Part shown: positions 36,590 through 47,304 of the stretch, piece after piece
How the letters are laid out: each line of letters opens with the position of its first letter
Position numbering within the stretch: the first letter of the stretch is position 1
Source: Alphaproteobacteria bacterium
GTDB lineage: Bacteria; Pseudomonadota; Alphaproteobacteria; SP197
Assembly: GCA_964291415.2 (NCBI GenBank)
Contig: OZ219918.1
Span: 1,184,001 to 1,248,000, forward strand
Reading direction: 5' to 3'
Length of the DNA: 64,000 bases
Notes under the pieces: generated by a model
Databases searched by the model: none
What the model was told of the DNA's origin: nothing
The model's input: only the letters and a program-made list of their open reading frames with translations
Program-made: the position numbers and the translations under genes

Positions 36590-37726
36590 ATGGACCGCGA
36601 GATGATCAGTTTTGCCAGCGGCAACGCCAATCCGGAGACTTTTCCGGCCGCGGAGCTTGCTGAAGCCGCCGCCGAGGTGATGCGCACCATGGCGGTGGAT
36701 CTCACCACCTACCCTGGAAGTCTCGGTCATGAAGGGCTGCGCCAGCTGATGGCCAGGCGCGAAATGGACCGTGAGGGGATCACGGTCGATCCCGAACACG
36801 TGCTGATCACCAACGGGTCCATGCAGGCCGTCACCCTGGCGGTGGAGACACTGTGCACCGGCGTGGACGACGTCGTTGTCATGGAGGAACTCAGCTACTC
36901 GGGGAGTATCGTCGCCTTTGGTTCCATGGGCATCGAGATGGTTGGGGTTCCGGTCGATGGTGACGGCATGGTGATGGAGGCCCTTGAGGAGACTCTGGAG
37001 ACACTGTCACGCCAGGGACGCCCACCCCGCTGCATCTATACCCTTGCCACCTACCAGAATCCGACCGGCACGGTGATGCCGCGGTCCCGCCGCCTGGAGA
37101 TGATTGCCATCGCCGGGCGTCATGGCGTTCCGATTGTCGAGGACAACTGTTACGCAGATGTTCACTTCGATGGTGACGTCGCTCCGGCGCTCTACGCGCT
37201 CGATCCGTCCCCCTCGATGATCTACCTGTGTTCGCTTTCCAAGATCTTCGCTCCCGGCGTGCGACTCGGCTACATGGTGGCGCGGCCACCCATGCTCGAT
37301 CGGGTGCTGGCGAAACGTCATGACGCGGGACCCAACACCCTGGCGTCGGCCATCACCCATGCGTACCTGAAGGATTGCCTGTGGGACCATGTCGCCATGG
37401 CCAACCGGGCGCTGAAGATCAAGCGCGACACCATGATGAGCGCCCTCAGGCGGGAACTGGGCAACGCGTGTTCCGTTGTCCAGCCCCCCGGTGGGCTCTT
37501 CATCTGGGTCCAGCTGTCCGACGATGTCGATCCCGCCCGGCTGGTCGACGCGGCCCTTGAGGAGGGTGTGGAGGTTGTCGACGGTTCGGAGTTCCATGTG
37601 AGGAACGACGCCGGCGCGGTCATCCGCCTCGCCTTCGGTTTCCCGACGGTCGCAGAAATCGATGAGGGTATTCGCCGTCTCGGCGTCAGCCTGCGCAAGA
37701 TTCGCGGTGATTCACCTGAACCATGA
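36590..37726 (+). CDS. PLP-dependent aminotransferase (LysN/MocR-like, no HTH)
   Basis: YQNPTG, EDNCY, SLSKIFAPGVRLG, PPGGLFIW. Confidence 0.9.
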   Translation: MDREMISFASGNANPETFPAAELAEAAAEVMRTMAVDLTTYPGSLGHEGLRQLMARREMDREGITVDPEHVLITNGSMQAVTLAVETLCTGVDDVVVMEELSYSGSIVAFGSMGIEMVGVPVDGDGMVMEALEETLETLSRQGRPPRCIYTLATYQNPTGTVMPRSRRLEMIAIAGRHGVPIVEDNCYADVHFDGDVAPALYALDPSPSMIYLCSLSKIFAPGVRLGYMVARPPMLDRVLAKRHDAGPNTLASAITHAYLKDCLWDHVAMANRALKIKRDTMMSALRRELGNACSVVQPPGGLFIWVQLSDDVDPARLVDAALEEGVEVVDGSEFHVRNDAGAVIRLAFGFPTVAEIDEGIRRLGVSLRKIRGDSPEP

Positions 37727-38910
37727 GGACTCCCTTTGCGCGGGAAGAGTACGAGGAACGCTGGCGCCGTGTGCATGACGACATGCGTCGGCGCGGCCAC
37801 GCCGCGGCCCTTGTAATCGGCCGCGGCGGGGGTTCCTACGACCGCTGCGGCGATGTTCTCTACCTTGCCAATCACTATTCGCCGGCATCGGGTCACGAAG
37901 TCGACAATCCACTCAACACGGCACGCTCGTTCTCGGCCGTCCTGCTCGAGGAAGGCCGCGAACCGCAACTCCTGATCGACGATCCGGAGCCGCGCCGTGA
38001 TCGTCTGGCCACGGGACATGTCAGCGGTCACAACGATCCCATGTCCGCCGCCGGCCGGGCGCTGGCGGAACGCGCCATTGATGGCACCGTCGCCCTGGTG
38101 GGGGCCGACTTCCTGCCCCTCAAGTACTGGCGGCTCATCCGGTCTGCCGCCGGGGATGTCGCCTGGACCGAAGATGACACCCTCATCCAGCGTGTCCGCC
38201 GCATCAAGAGTCCGGCCGAGATGGAGGTCTTTCGCGAGGCCGGCGAGATCGCGACACGGTCCCTCGACCTTCTCATGGCAGGTCTCGTGGGTGGCATGTC
38301 CGAAGCAGAAGCCGTGGGCGAAGCGATCCGCGAACTGCGCCGGTCTGGTGCGGTATCGCAGATGATTCCGGTGGCCCACGGACGGCACATCAGCCGCTGG
38401 ACGTCGGATCCTTTGACCGGTGCCAGCCGTGCCGTGCCGTGCCCGGGCGATCTGGTCAGGGGCTGGCTCGACAGCATCATCTACCAGGGATACTGGCTCG
38501 ATCCCGGCCGCACCGCGGTCGCCGGCGGCAGGCCGACAGCCCGGCAGCGGACCCTCATCGAGAACTGCGTGACGGTCGTCGACGCGTTGATCGAGGCCAT
38601 CCGCCCGGGTGTCCTGGTTCACGATGTGGCGCGTCTGGGAGATCAATTGACCGCCTGCCATCGGCAGGGCGCCAGCCAGATGAGCGCCCAGTGGCCGCTC
38701 TATGGGCACGGCACCGGTCTCTACTGGGAGCACCCCTACATCGGTCTCAGGATGTGTGAAGCGCACGAACGCTTCGAAGCCGGCATGGTTCTCGGCGTCG
38801 AGGTCTTTCTTGACAGCGAGGAGACCGGTACCGCCGCGCACGAACAGAATCTCATTGTCCACGACGACGCAAACGAAATTCTCACACACTCTCCCGAGTA
38901 CTGGTGGTAG
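37723..38910 (+). CDS. M24 (Xaa-Pro peptidase / creatinase-like) hydrolase
   Basis: EEYEERWRRV N-domain, RRIKSPAE, GHGTGL, GMVLGVE. Confidence 0.85.
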   Translation: MRTPFAREEYEERWRRVHDDMRRRGHAAALVIGRGGGSYDRCGDVLYLANHYSPASGHEVDNPLNTARSFSAVLLEEGREPQLLIDDPEPRRDRLATGHVSGHNDPMSAAGRALAERAIDGTVALVGADFLPLKYWRLIRSAAGDVAWTEDDTLIQRVRRIKSPAEMEVFREAGEIATRSLDLLMAGLVGGMSEAEAVGEAIRELRRSGAVSQMIPVAHGRHISRWTSDPLTGASRAVPCPGDLVRGWLDSIIYQGYWLDPGRTAVAGGRPTARQRTLIENCVTVVDALIEAIRPGVLVHDVARLGDQLTACHRQGASQMSAQWPLYGHGTGLYWEHPYIGLRMCEAHERFEAGMVLGVEVFLDSEETGTAAHEQNLIVHDDANEILTHSPEYWW

Positions 38911-38958
38911 GTACCGGCAATCCGGGCCACCTCCTGTGGAGGACTTGTCAGCGGCGCG

Positions 38959-38987
38959 TTGACAGCAATCCGGCAAAAAAATACCGT
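38959..38987 (+). promoter_or_regulatory. Putative sigma70 promoter of amt
   Basis: TTGACA-N17-TACCGT. Confidence 0.5.
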
Positions 38988-39105
38988 CATTCACGAGATT
39001 GTCCGGACCGCGCGTGACAGGCTTCACGCTGGCAATTCGGACGGGGGTTTCGTGCGTCAGGCGGCCTGACAATTCATGTGGCTGCCGGCGTCATGGGAGG
39101 AATTC

Positions 39106-40491
39106 ATGAACCTGACTATTGATCTTGCCGTCCGTCGAATGGGACAGGGCCTCTTCTGGGCAGCCGTTCTTCTGATAGCCTTGCCGGGCGAGGCGGCGGC
39201 GGCGGTGCCTGACGAATCTCAATTCGTCTTCAACACTTTCTCCTTCCTGGTGTGGGGCGCCCTGGTCATGTGGATGTGCGCCGGCTTCACGATGCTGGAG
39301 TCGGGTTCGGTGCGCACAAAGAACGCTTCGGTCATCTGCCTCAAGAACATCGGCCTCTATTCCATCGCCGGGCTCGCCTTCTACTTCATCGGCTACAACC
39401 TCATGTACGTCGATGTCTCCGGATGGATCGGCACCGTCACGTTCCTCTACGGCCCGTCAGCCGATGAGCTGGCCCTGCTCGACGGGGATGAGGAAGTGGC
39501 CGGAGCGGTTGTATCCAATGGCTACTCGGTGATGTCAGACTGGTTTTTCCAGATGGTCTTCGTGGCCACCGCTGCCTCGATCGTTTCCGGTGCCCTCGCC
39601 GAACGTGTCAAGCTGTGGTCCTTCTTCGCCTTCATCACCGTGCTGACCGCCATCATCTACCCCATCGTCGGCGCCTGGACCTGGGGTGGCGGCTGGCTCG
39701 CCGAGAGGGGTTTCCAGGACTTTGCCGGGTCGACCATCGTTCATTCGACCGGTGGCTGGGCAGCCCTTGCCGGCGCCATCGTGGTGGGTGCGCGCCGCGG
39801 CAAGTTCCGGGCTGATGGCAGCGTCAAGCCCACCCCGCCGTCGAATGTTCCGGTGGTGACGCTGGGTGTCTTCATCCTCTGGCTGGGCTGGTTCGGCTTC
39901 AACGGGGGTTCACAACTCGCTCTTGGAGGCGCGGTCGATGCGGTCGCCATGAGCAACGTTCTCGTCAACACGAATCTCGCCGCTGCAGCAGGCGTCATGG
40001 CGGCGATCAGCACCGCCCGACCGATTTTCGGCCGCGTTGATCTGCTGGCGGGACTCAATGGCGCCATTGCCGGTCTTGTCGCCATCACGGCCGGTCCGGA
40101 TCTGGTCGATCACTACTGGGCGATCATCATCGGCGCCGTGGGTGGCATCGTCTGTACCCTCGGCATGAAGGTCATGGAAATGCTGAAGCTCGACGACGTT
40201 GTCGGTGCGGTTCCGGCCCACCTCGTCGCCGGAGTATGGGGCACCCTGGCTGTCTGCATCACGGCTGGCGGCAACTTCGGGGTCCAGCTCTTGGGCGTGC
40301 TCGCCATCGGCGCTTTCGTCTTTGCCGTGTCGCTCGCCCTGTGGTTCCTGCTCCAGAAGACGGTTGGCGTGCGTGTCTCCGACACTGTGGAGGAGATTGG
40401 CCAGGATTCCGCGGAGCTTGGCATCGAGGCCTATCCGGAGTTCGTGGTCATGCCCGATGCGGACGACATCGAGGAACTGAAGCGGCCCTGA
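39106..40491 (+). CDS. amt: Ammonium transporter
   Basis: GFTMLESG, FFQMVF, DFAGSTIVH, LWLGWFGFNGGS, DDVVGAVPAH. Confidence 0.95.
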   Translation: MNLTIDLAVRRMGQGLFWAAVLLIALPGEAAAAVPDESQFVFNTFSFLVWGALVMWMCAGFTMLESGSVRTKNASVICLKNIGLYSIAGLAFYFIGYNLMYVDVSGWIGTVTFLYGPSADELALLDGDEEVAGAVVSNGYSVMSDWFFQMVFVATAASIVSGALAERVKLWSFFAFITVLTAIIYPIVGAWTWGGGWLAERGFQDFAGSTIVHSTGGWAALAGAIVVGARRGKFRADGSVKPTPPSNVPVVTLGVFILWLGWFGFNGGSQLALGGAVDAVAMSNVLVNTNLAAAAGVMAAISTARPIFGRVDLLAGLNGAIAGLVAITAGPDLVDHYWAIIIGAVGGIVCTLGMKVMEMLKLDDVVGAVPAHLVAGVWGTLAVCITAGGNFGVQLLGVLAIGAFVFAVSLALWFLLQKTVGVRVSDTVEEIGQDSAELGIEAYPEFVVMPDADDIEELKRP

Positions 40492-40515
40492 TCGGCACGA
40501 ACCGACCTGCCCTTC

Positions 40516-41919
40516 ATGGGTCACTGGTGGCACAGGAGCGCCGCTGAGACGGCGGCGGCGATCAGCCGCCGGGAGGTGAGTGCTCTCGAGGTGGTGGAGG
40601 GCCACCTCTCCCGAATGGACGAGGTCAACGCGCATGTGAATGCCGTTACCGTGCGCATGGATGAAGAGGCGCGTCGTGCTGCACGTGCAGCCGATGACGT
40701 CGTGGCCGCAGGCGCTCCTGTCGGACCGCTGCACGGAGTTCCTGTCACCATCAAGGAGAATGTCGACGTGGCCGGGCAGGCGACCACCAACGGCATTCCC
40801 GCCTTCGCGGATCTTGTGGCCAGCGAGGATTCCCCAGTCGTCGCCCATCTCAGGAAGGCCGGCGCCATCATCATCGGCCGCACCAACACGCCGGAGTTCA
40901 GTTTCCGGTGGTTCACAGACAATCCTCTGCGTGGCGCCACACTCAACCCCTGGGACCGTGACGTCACGCCCGGTGGTTCCGGAGGCGGCGGCAGCGCGTC
41001 CCTGGCCGTGGGCATCGGCTGCATTGCCCATGGAAACGACGTTGGCGGTTCTCTGCGCTATCCCGCCTTTGCCTGCGGCGTGGCGACCGTTCGCCCGACG
41101 CTCGGGCGTGTTCCGGCATTCAATCCATCGGCGGCTGCCGAACGCCCGCCAATGTTCCAGCTGATGTCGGTTCAGGGGCCGATGGCACGCGAGGTGAGGG
41201 ATGTACGCCTTGCTCTCGAGGTGATGGCGGCACGTGATCCCCGGGATCCGTGGTGGGTGCCGGCACCGATTGCGCCTCCGCCTCCCGACCGCAAGCCAAG
41301 GGTTGCCGTCACCTCCGACCCTGGCGGCCTCGGAGTCCACCCGAGTCAACGAGATGCGGTGACGGCGGCCGCTGATGCTCTCGCGTCAGCCGGATACGAT
41401 GTTGTCGAGGCCGAACCCCCGCGGATTGGCGATGCCATGCGGTGCTGGGAACGCCAGATTGCCACCGAAATGACGTTCTACCTGGAGCGCGACATGCGTC
41501 GCCTTGGCGGCCATGCGATCAACCGCAAGCTCGACTTCATCAGGACCAACGTGCCGACACTCGACCTCGAATCCTATCTCGCGGTCCTGTGCGAACGACA
41601 GACCCTGTTGCGTGAATGGCTCCTCTTCCTCGAGGACTATCCCCTGGTTCTTGGTCCGGTGTCCACGGAGCCGCAGTTTCCGGTGGACGATGATCTTGTG
41701 AGCGCCGCACGGCTCGGCGAGATTTTTGTTGCCAACCGGCTGCTGACGACTGTCAATTTTCTCGGTTTGCCGGCAGCCGCCGTGCCGGTGGGACTGGCCG
41801 GAGACCTGCCTCTCGGGGTGCAGATCATTGGCAACCGGTACCGCGAGGACATGACACTCGATGCCGCCGAAGCCATCGAGGACGTGACGGGGGTGCTCAC
41901 GCCGATCGACCCGCGCTGA
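40516..41919 (+). CDS. Amidase signature family protein
   Basis: GVPVTIKEN, GGSGGG, GNDVGGSLRYPA. Confidence 0.93.
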   Translation: MGHWWHRSAAETAAAISRREVSALEVVEGHLSRMDEVNAHVNAVTVRMDEEARRAARAADDVVAAGAPVGPLHGVPVTIKENVDVAGQATTNGIPAFADLVASEDSPVVAHLRKAGAIIIGRTNTPEFSFRWFTDNPLRGATLNPWDRDVTPGGSGGGGSASLAVGIGCIAHGNDVGGSLRYPAFACGVATVRPTLGRVPAFNPSAAAERPPMFQLMSVQGPMAREVRDVRLALEVMAARDPRDPWWVPAPIAPPPPDRKPRVAVTSDPGGLGVHPSQRDAVTAAADALASAGYDVVEAEPPRIGDAMRCWERQIATEMTFYLERDMRRLGGHAINRKLDFIRTNVPTLDLESYLAVLCERQTLLREWLLFLEDYPLVLGPVSTEPQFPVDDDLVSAARLGEIFVANRLLTTVNFLGLPAAAVPVGLAGDLPLGVQIIGNRYREDMTLDAAEAIEDVTGVLTPIDPR

Positions 41920-41970
41920 ATCGTCACGGCCGCCGTGACGTTGCGACCGCGCATCGGGCATGATGGCGCC

Positions 41971-44907
41971 ATGCCCCGATGGCTCAAAGGATCCGGGAGA
42001 ACCGTCGCGTTCGTCGTGCTTGTCGCCGGCGTGGTCACGATCGCCGGTTTCCATGGTGCCCGCCACGAGATTGCCGGATGGCTGATCAGCCGCAGCCTCG
42101 GCGATGCGGTCGCCGGTTTCGAGGTGGCGGAGGTGACGCTGGGGACCGTCACCATGACCAACGTCACGTTCAATCCGCGAGGCACACTCGACGAGGTCCG
42201 GGCCCAGTGGAGTTTCGGCGGACTGGCCGGCGGTCGCCTCGACCGGCTGACAATCAGGGGGTGGAACACGGATTGGCCCACCCTGTCGGAGATGGCTGCC
42301 GGCATGACCGCGCTGGCGGAAGACGTCGTCACCGAGGACACGCATGTCGACGTTTCCGGGCCATGGGGCGACATCGTCCTTCGCTTTGACGCGGAGCTCA
42401 CCGATCAGCGGACGGGGCTGACTGGCACAGGGGAATGGCAGGCAGCCCTGATGGGTCTGGAGGGCGCCGGTGACCTTGCCCTCACCTGGCACGGTGTCGA
42501 GGACCGGGCGGTGATCGATATCGCGCCGAAGGGAAATGGCGAGGCAAGGGGCGCCGGACTTCCCGGTGGCCGCATCGTGGTGGAGGGTCTGACGAGCCGT
42601 CAGCCGGTGGCCGGGATCCGTCTGGCGTGGCCCGGCCTCGCGGCAGGTGACCTTGACATCGAAGGTGCCGTCGACGGCACAGGCTTCACGGGGACGGCCT
42701 CCCTCTCCGGCGGCAGGGTTTCCCTTGCCGCCGACATCGGTGTCACGGGCAAAGGCGAAGTCTGGCAGGTGGAGGGAATGGTGACCTCGGGCACGTTGGT
42801 CCATGCGGCCCTGCAACTCGACGCCCGGATCGCCGATGTTTCCGATCCGGCAAGCTGGATGATCACGGGCGATGGAGTCGTGCGGACAACCGACATGCAT
42901 CTGGGGCCATGGCTGGCGATGGAGGATGCGAGCGCCGACGTGAACCTCTCCGTCGAGGGTGGTCGATTGCGGGCGTCGCTTGGCGCGCCGCTGCCCGTCG
43001 TTCTCGATCTTGGCGATGGCCTGCGCCTTGATCTTGCCCTGGAGATGGCGTCGCTGGAGGCGAGGCGGCGGGGTGATGGCGCCGAACTCACCGTGGCCCT
43101 CGAGACATCGGGTGAGGTGGCAGGCCGGGGACGGGGCCGGGCACTCGTCACGGCTGATGTCGCATTCGACGGCGCCGGCGATGTTGTCGCACTCAGAATT
43201 CCGGATCTCGACCTCGTCATGGAGGGTGATGTGTCGGGCCATGTCACCGGATCGGCCGACGTTGCCGGTGGACCGGATGCATGGCGAGGAGGCATCGGCA
43301 TTCACGGTCTTTTGGAAGAGGTGGTGATGTCTGACGCCACCTTCTACAACGTCACTTTCGATCTGCCGCTGACACTGGCGACCGGAAACAGCGACCACCT
43401 CCTGCGGAGCAATTCATCGGCGCTGCTGCATGTCGGCGAGGTTCGCAGCCACGCCATGGTCGTGGGCGGTGTGGACCTGGAGTTGCCGTTCGGAATCGAT
43501 GTCATGGAACGCGGCATCGAGGTTCGTCAGAGCGATACCGGCTGGATCGACCTGCAGACGTTCACACATGGTCCCGTGCGCCTGGTGGGGCCGCTCTCCG
43601 TCAAGCTTGAAAAGGAGTCACTCCCCCTCTTTGTCCTGGAACAGCTGGGAAAGGACCTGTCCTGGGATCTGCGTCTGCAGCTCAGCGATACACCGCTCCA
43701 TGCTGTCGTTCTCGATGACACTCCGCGTCCCGCGGTCATCGAGGGAATCCTGCCGGATCTCGGGATCCGCCTCGAGAGCCTTGGCGCCCACTACCTGCAG
43801 GCAACCATGGAGGCAGAAGGTGGTGATCTCGTCGTCAGGGGACCAGACCTCAGGGTCAGGGATGTCCGTGCCCTCCTCAACTACAATTCGGGCCTGTCGC
43901 CCTGGCCACAGTTCAGTGCCGACGTGAGAAAGATCGATGACTTGAGAGACCCGCAACGCTTTACCCGGATGTCAGTGGACGTGGTGGCGACACCGGTGTG
44001 GCCGGAAGGCGACGATGCACGCCTGTCGATGACCCTCCACACCGACAAGACCCGGTTTGTCGGTGCCGTCGATGCCCGTTACATGCCGGAACGAGGCCGT
44101 CTCGAAGCATCCGTCAGGACAGCCAGCGCGCTGTTCGAGGTCCCGGGACTGCAGCCTGCGGACCTCTCCCCTCTTTATGGTGCGCCATTCAGCGATGTCA
44201 GTGGAGGCGTGGCGATCACGGGAACACTCTGGCTCGAAGGAGAGGAGTCTGGCGCCGATCTCTCCGTCGACATCAATGACGTCTCTGCCAGTATCGCTGG
44301 TGTCCAGGTGCGGCATGCCTCCGGCACCACCACCTTCACCAACCTCCTGCCACTGGAGACATCGTCTGCCCAGGCGTTCACGATCGCCGGCCTCGACGCT
44401 CCCCTGCCGCTCCACGATGTCGAAGTCATGCTGTCTTGGCCCGGCGACGGCACGGTGGTGGTCGAGAGCGCGGTGGCTCGCCTGCCAACGGGTCAACCGT
44501 TCAGGGTCGAGCCCGCGGGCCGTGATGGTCACGCGATGAGATTCCGTCTTTCCGGCCTTGATGCCGTATCCCTGCTCGACCATGCCGGGGTGGCGGGACT
44601 CGATCTGGAGAGTCGGCTCGATGGTGAGGTCGCGGTGTTGACTGGCGAGGCGGGCCTTGTGATCGACATGGCCGAACTCCGCACCTCGTCGCCGGGAGTC
44701 GTTGCTTTCGCCGGCAGCGGAATGCGGGCCTACGATGCGCTGGTGTTCCACTACGACCGCCAACAAGGGACATCTGGATCGATGCATGTCACGATGACGG
44801 AAGGCCGGTGCCGGTTGCGCCAGGAGTTCTCTCTCGGTCACGGTATCCACGCGCTGGCCGGCGCAGTCGCGGCTTGGATGGGTAACGCTCGATGCGACAG
44901 CACGTGA
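41971..44907 (+). CDS. YdbH/AsmA-like envelope-bridging protein
   Basis: N-terminal TM anchor, long beta-rich repeats, LQPADLSP and C-terminal LDGEV/YDAL segments resembling the YdbH domain. Confidence 0.6.
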   Translation: MPRWLKGSGRTVAFVVLVAGVVTIAGFHGARHEIAGWLISRSLGDAVAGFEVAEVTLGTVTMTNVTFNPRGTLDEVRAQWSFGGLAGGRLDRLTIRGWNTDWPTLSEMAAGMTALAEDVVTEDTHVDVSGPWGDIVLRFDAELTDQRTGLTGTGEWQAALMGLEGAGDLALTWHGVEDRAVIDIAPKGNGEARGAGLPGGRIVVEGLTSRQPVAGIRLAWPGLAAGDLDIEGAVDGTGFTGTASLSGGRVSLAADIGVTGKGEVWQVEGMVTSGTLVHAALQLDARIADVSDPASWMITGDGVVRTTDMHLGPWLAMEDASADVNLSVEGGRLRASLGAPLPVVLDLGDGLRLDLALEMASLEARRRGDGAELTVALETSGEVAGRGRGRALVTADVAFDGAGDVVALRIPDLDLVMEGDVSGHVTGSADVAGGPDAWRGGIGIHGLLEEVVMSDATFYNVTFDLPLTLATGNSDHLLRSNSSALLHVGEVRSHAMVVGGVDLELPFGIDVMERGIEVRQSDTGWIDLQTFTHGPVRLVGPLSVKLEKESLPLFVLEQLGKDLSWDLRLQLSDTPLHAVVLDDTPRPAVIEGILPDLGIRLESLGAHYLQATMEAEGGDLVVRGPDLRVRDVRALLNYNSGLSPWPQFSADVRKIDDLRDPQRFTRMSVDVVATPVWPEGDDARLSMTLHTDKTRFVGAVDARYMPERGRLEASVRTASALFEVPGLQPADLSPLYGAPFSDVSGGVAITGTLWLEGEESGADLSVDINDVSASIAGVQVRHASGTTTFTNLLPLETSSAQAFTIAGLDAPLPLHDVEVMLSWPGDGTVVVESAVARLPTGQPFRVEPAGRDGHAMRFRLSGLDAVSLLDHAGVAGLDLESRLDGEVAVLTGEAGLVIDMAELRTSSPGVVAFAGSGMRAYDALVFHYDRQQGTSGSMHVTMTEGRCRLRQEFSLGHGIHALAGAVAAWMGNARCDST

Positions 44908-45812
44908 AGGACGATACCGGACTTCTTCCCGGGTCGATCGACGAGACCGTTCACCTTCTCGAATCGGAGGGTTACGTAACGGGACGCAGTCTTGCCTGCG
45001 CCATATATCTTGCGCTGGCCATGGAAAGACCGCTTTTTCTCGAAGGCGAGGCCGGCGTTGGCAAGACGGAGACGGCAAAGGTGCTGGCAAGGGCGCTCGG
45101 CCGCCGGCTGATCCGTCTGCAGTGCTATGAGGGCCTCGATGTGGCCCAGGCGGTCTATGAGTGGAACTACCCGCGGCAGATGGTGGAGATCCGGCTGGCA
45201 GAGGCTGCCGGGGCGGTCGATCGCGATGCGGTCTCCGGTGCGATCTATCGCGACGAATTCCTGCTCAGCCGGCCTGTCCTCGAGGCGTTGCGTCCCCATG
45301 GCGAGGGACCGCCCGTCCTTCTCATTGACGAGATCGATCGCACGGACGAACCCTTCGAGGCCTACCTGCTGGAGGTGTTGTCCGAATGGCAGGTCAGCAT
45401 TCCCGAACTGGGAACGGTGACGGCCGAACGGCCGCCGATCGTCATCATCACCTCGAATCGGACACGCGAAGTGCATGACGCACTCAAGCGTCGCTGCTTC
45501 TACCACTGGGTCGACTACCCCTCGCCCGAGCGGGAGATCGAGATCGTGGAGCGCAAGGTGCCCGGATGCGCGGACCGGCTCGGTGCTGAAATCGTCAGGT
45601 TTGTCCAGGTCCTGCGCCGCCAGGACCTCTACAAGACCCCCGGAGTTGCCGAGACCCTCGATTGGGCGATGGCTCTCGAGCACTTCAACACCCGATCACT
45701 GGAACCGGGAATTGTCGACAGTTCGCTGGGGGTGCTGCTCAAGCATCAGGACGATGTCCGGACCATCAGGGACACCGGTATCGAGGTACTCTTGAAGGAA
45801 GACGGCACGTGA
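44892..45812 (+). CDS. coxD: MoxR AAA+ ATPase (CoxD-like)
   Basis: LEGEAGVGKT, RLQCYEG, LIDEIDR, TSNRTREVHDALKRRC. Confidence 0.9.
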   Translation: MRQHVKDDTGLLPGSIDETVHLLESEGYVTGRSLACAIYLALAMERPLFLEGEAGVGKTETAKVLARALGRRLIRLQCYEGLDVAQAVYEWNYPRQMVEIRLAEAAGAVDRDAVSGAIYRDEFLLSRPVLEALRPHGEGPPVLLIDEIDRTDEPFEAYLLEVLSEWQVSIPELGTVTAERPPIVIITSNRTREVHDALKRRCFYHWVDYPSPEREIEIVERKVPGCADRLGAEIVRFVQVLRRQDLYKTPGVAETLDWAMALEHFNTRSLEPGIVDSSLGVLLKHQDDVRTIRDTGIEVLLKEDGT

Positions 45813-46993
45813 GCGCGTTCCTGGCAAACGTGGTGCGCTTTGCCGGTTCCCTGCGGGCCGCCGGCCTGGCGGCGGGACCGGACAAGGTGCCAGACGCCCT
45901 CCGGGCACTGGACCTGGCAGGCGTCACCCGGCGGGAGGATGTCTTCTGGCTGTGGCACGCCATCTTTGTTTCGCACGCCCACGAAAGCGATCTCTTCACC
46001 GCGATCTTTCATCGCTTCTGGTCGGGGGAATCCGCTGACCGAGAGGCCATGGAGGAAGCCGTTGTCGAAGCCGGCGCGACGACCGCTGGACTGCCGGACG
46101 GCGTCAGGGAAGACAATCCACGTGGCCCGCAGACCGGTGAACAGGGAACCTGGTCGGCCGCCGAGGCACTGCGCACGATGGACTTTGCCGACATGGACGA
46201 AGACGAAATGGCACGGGCGCGACAGGCGGTGGCAAAGATGTCGGTTGCCTTTGCTCCGCTTGCCGGCCGCCGCTTCAGGCCTTCGCCCTCCGGCCGTCAA
46301 ATCGATCTGAGGGCAGCGCTGCAGGGTGGCGTACGTCAGCCCGGCGGCATGATCACGCTGCCTCTCGTCCGGCGGGTCGACAAGCCGCCTGGCGTGGTGC
46401 TTCTGTGCGACATTTCCGGTTCCATGATCGACTACGCGCGCATGCTGATCTGTTTCGCCCATGCCCTGTCGGTGCTTGGCCGCAGTGCGGGCACCCGTCG
46501 ATGGACTGCCGGCGCGATGAAGGTCCATACCTTTACCTTCGGCACCCGGTTGACCGATATCACCCGCGATCTGGCGACGCGCGATGCCGCGACAGGCCTG
46601 AGCACGGTCGCGGAGCGTGTGGCGGACTGGTCCGGCGGCACCCGCATCGGCGAGTGCCTCGGGACCTTCAATCGCGGCTGGGGCCGGCGTCTTCCCGGCC
46701 AGGGCACGATTGTCATTCTCGTCACCGACGGCCTTGACCGCGATGTCGGTGGCAGCCTCGCGACCGAGATGGCGATGCTCAGGCGTTCGTGCCGCAAACT
46801 GGTATGGCTCAACCCCCTGTTGCGCTGGCGTGAATTCCAGCCCCGCACATGGGGGATCCGCACGATGCTGCCGCATGTCGACGGGTTCCTTCCATGCCAT
46901 AATCTCGCGAGTCTCGAAAACCTGGCGGAGGTTCTTGCCAGACCGGGACGCGGATCTGCGGAGGACATGGCAGGATGGCTGAGAGCGGCTTGA
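45809..46993 (+). CDS. coxE: VWA-domain CoxE-like protein
   Basis: CDISGSM MIDAS, FGTRLT, WSGGTRIG, WLNPLL. Confidence 0.9.
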   Translation: MSAFLANVVRFAGSLRAAGLAAGPDKVPDALRALDLAGVTRREDVFWLWHAIFVSHAHESDLFTAIFHRFWSGESADREAMEEAVVEAGATTAGLPDGVREDNPRGPQTGEQGTWSAAEALRTMDFADMDEDEMARARQAVAKMSVAFAPLAGRRFRPSPSGRQIDLRAALQGGVRQPGGMITLPLVRRVDKPPGVVLLCDISGSMIDYARMLICFAHALSVLGRSAGTRRWTAGAMKVHTFTFGTRLTDITRDLATRDAATGLSTVAERVADWSGGTRIGECLGTFNRGWGRRLPGQGTIVILVTDGLDRDVGGSLATEMAMLRRSCRKLVWLNPLLRWREFQPRTWGIRTMLPHVDGFLPCHNLASLENLAEVLARPGRGSAEDMAGWLRAA

Positions 46994-47304
46994 TGGAGGA
47001 TGTTCTGGAGACGGCCGAGGCCTGGTCCGGGGACGGTTACCGGGTGGCGCTGGCCACCGTGACCAGGACATGGGGGTCGAGCCCGCGCCCCGTGGGGAGC
47101 CAGCTCGTGGTGCGCCAGGATGGCTCGTTCCGGGGTTCCGTGTCGGGTGGTTGCATCGAGTCTGCGGTCGTCGAGAGTGCGCGCGAGGTGATCGCGGACG
47201 GAAAGGTGCGCACCCTGGAGTTTACAGTCTCCAACGAACGTGCCTGGGAAGTGGGGCTGACCTGCGGAGGTACGATTCAGGTCTTCGTCGCGCCACTGAC
47301 ATGA
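46993..47304 (+). CDS. XdhC/CoxI N-terminal domain protein
   Basis: ATVTRTWGSSPRPVG, GSVSGGCIE, GLTCGG. Confidence 0.9.
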   Translation: MEDVLETAEAWSGDGYRVALATVTRTWGSSPRPVGSQLVVRQDGSFRGSVSGGCIESAVVESAREVIADGKVRTLEFTVSNERAWEVGLTCGGTIQVFVAPLT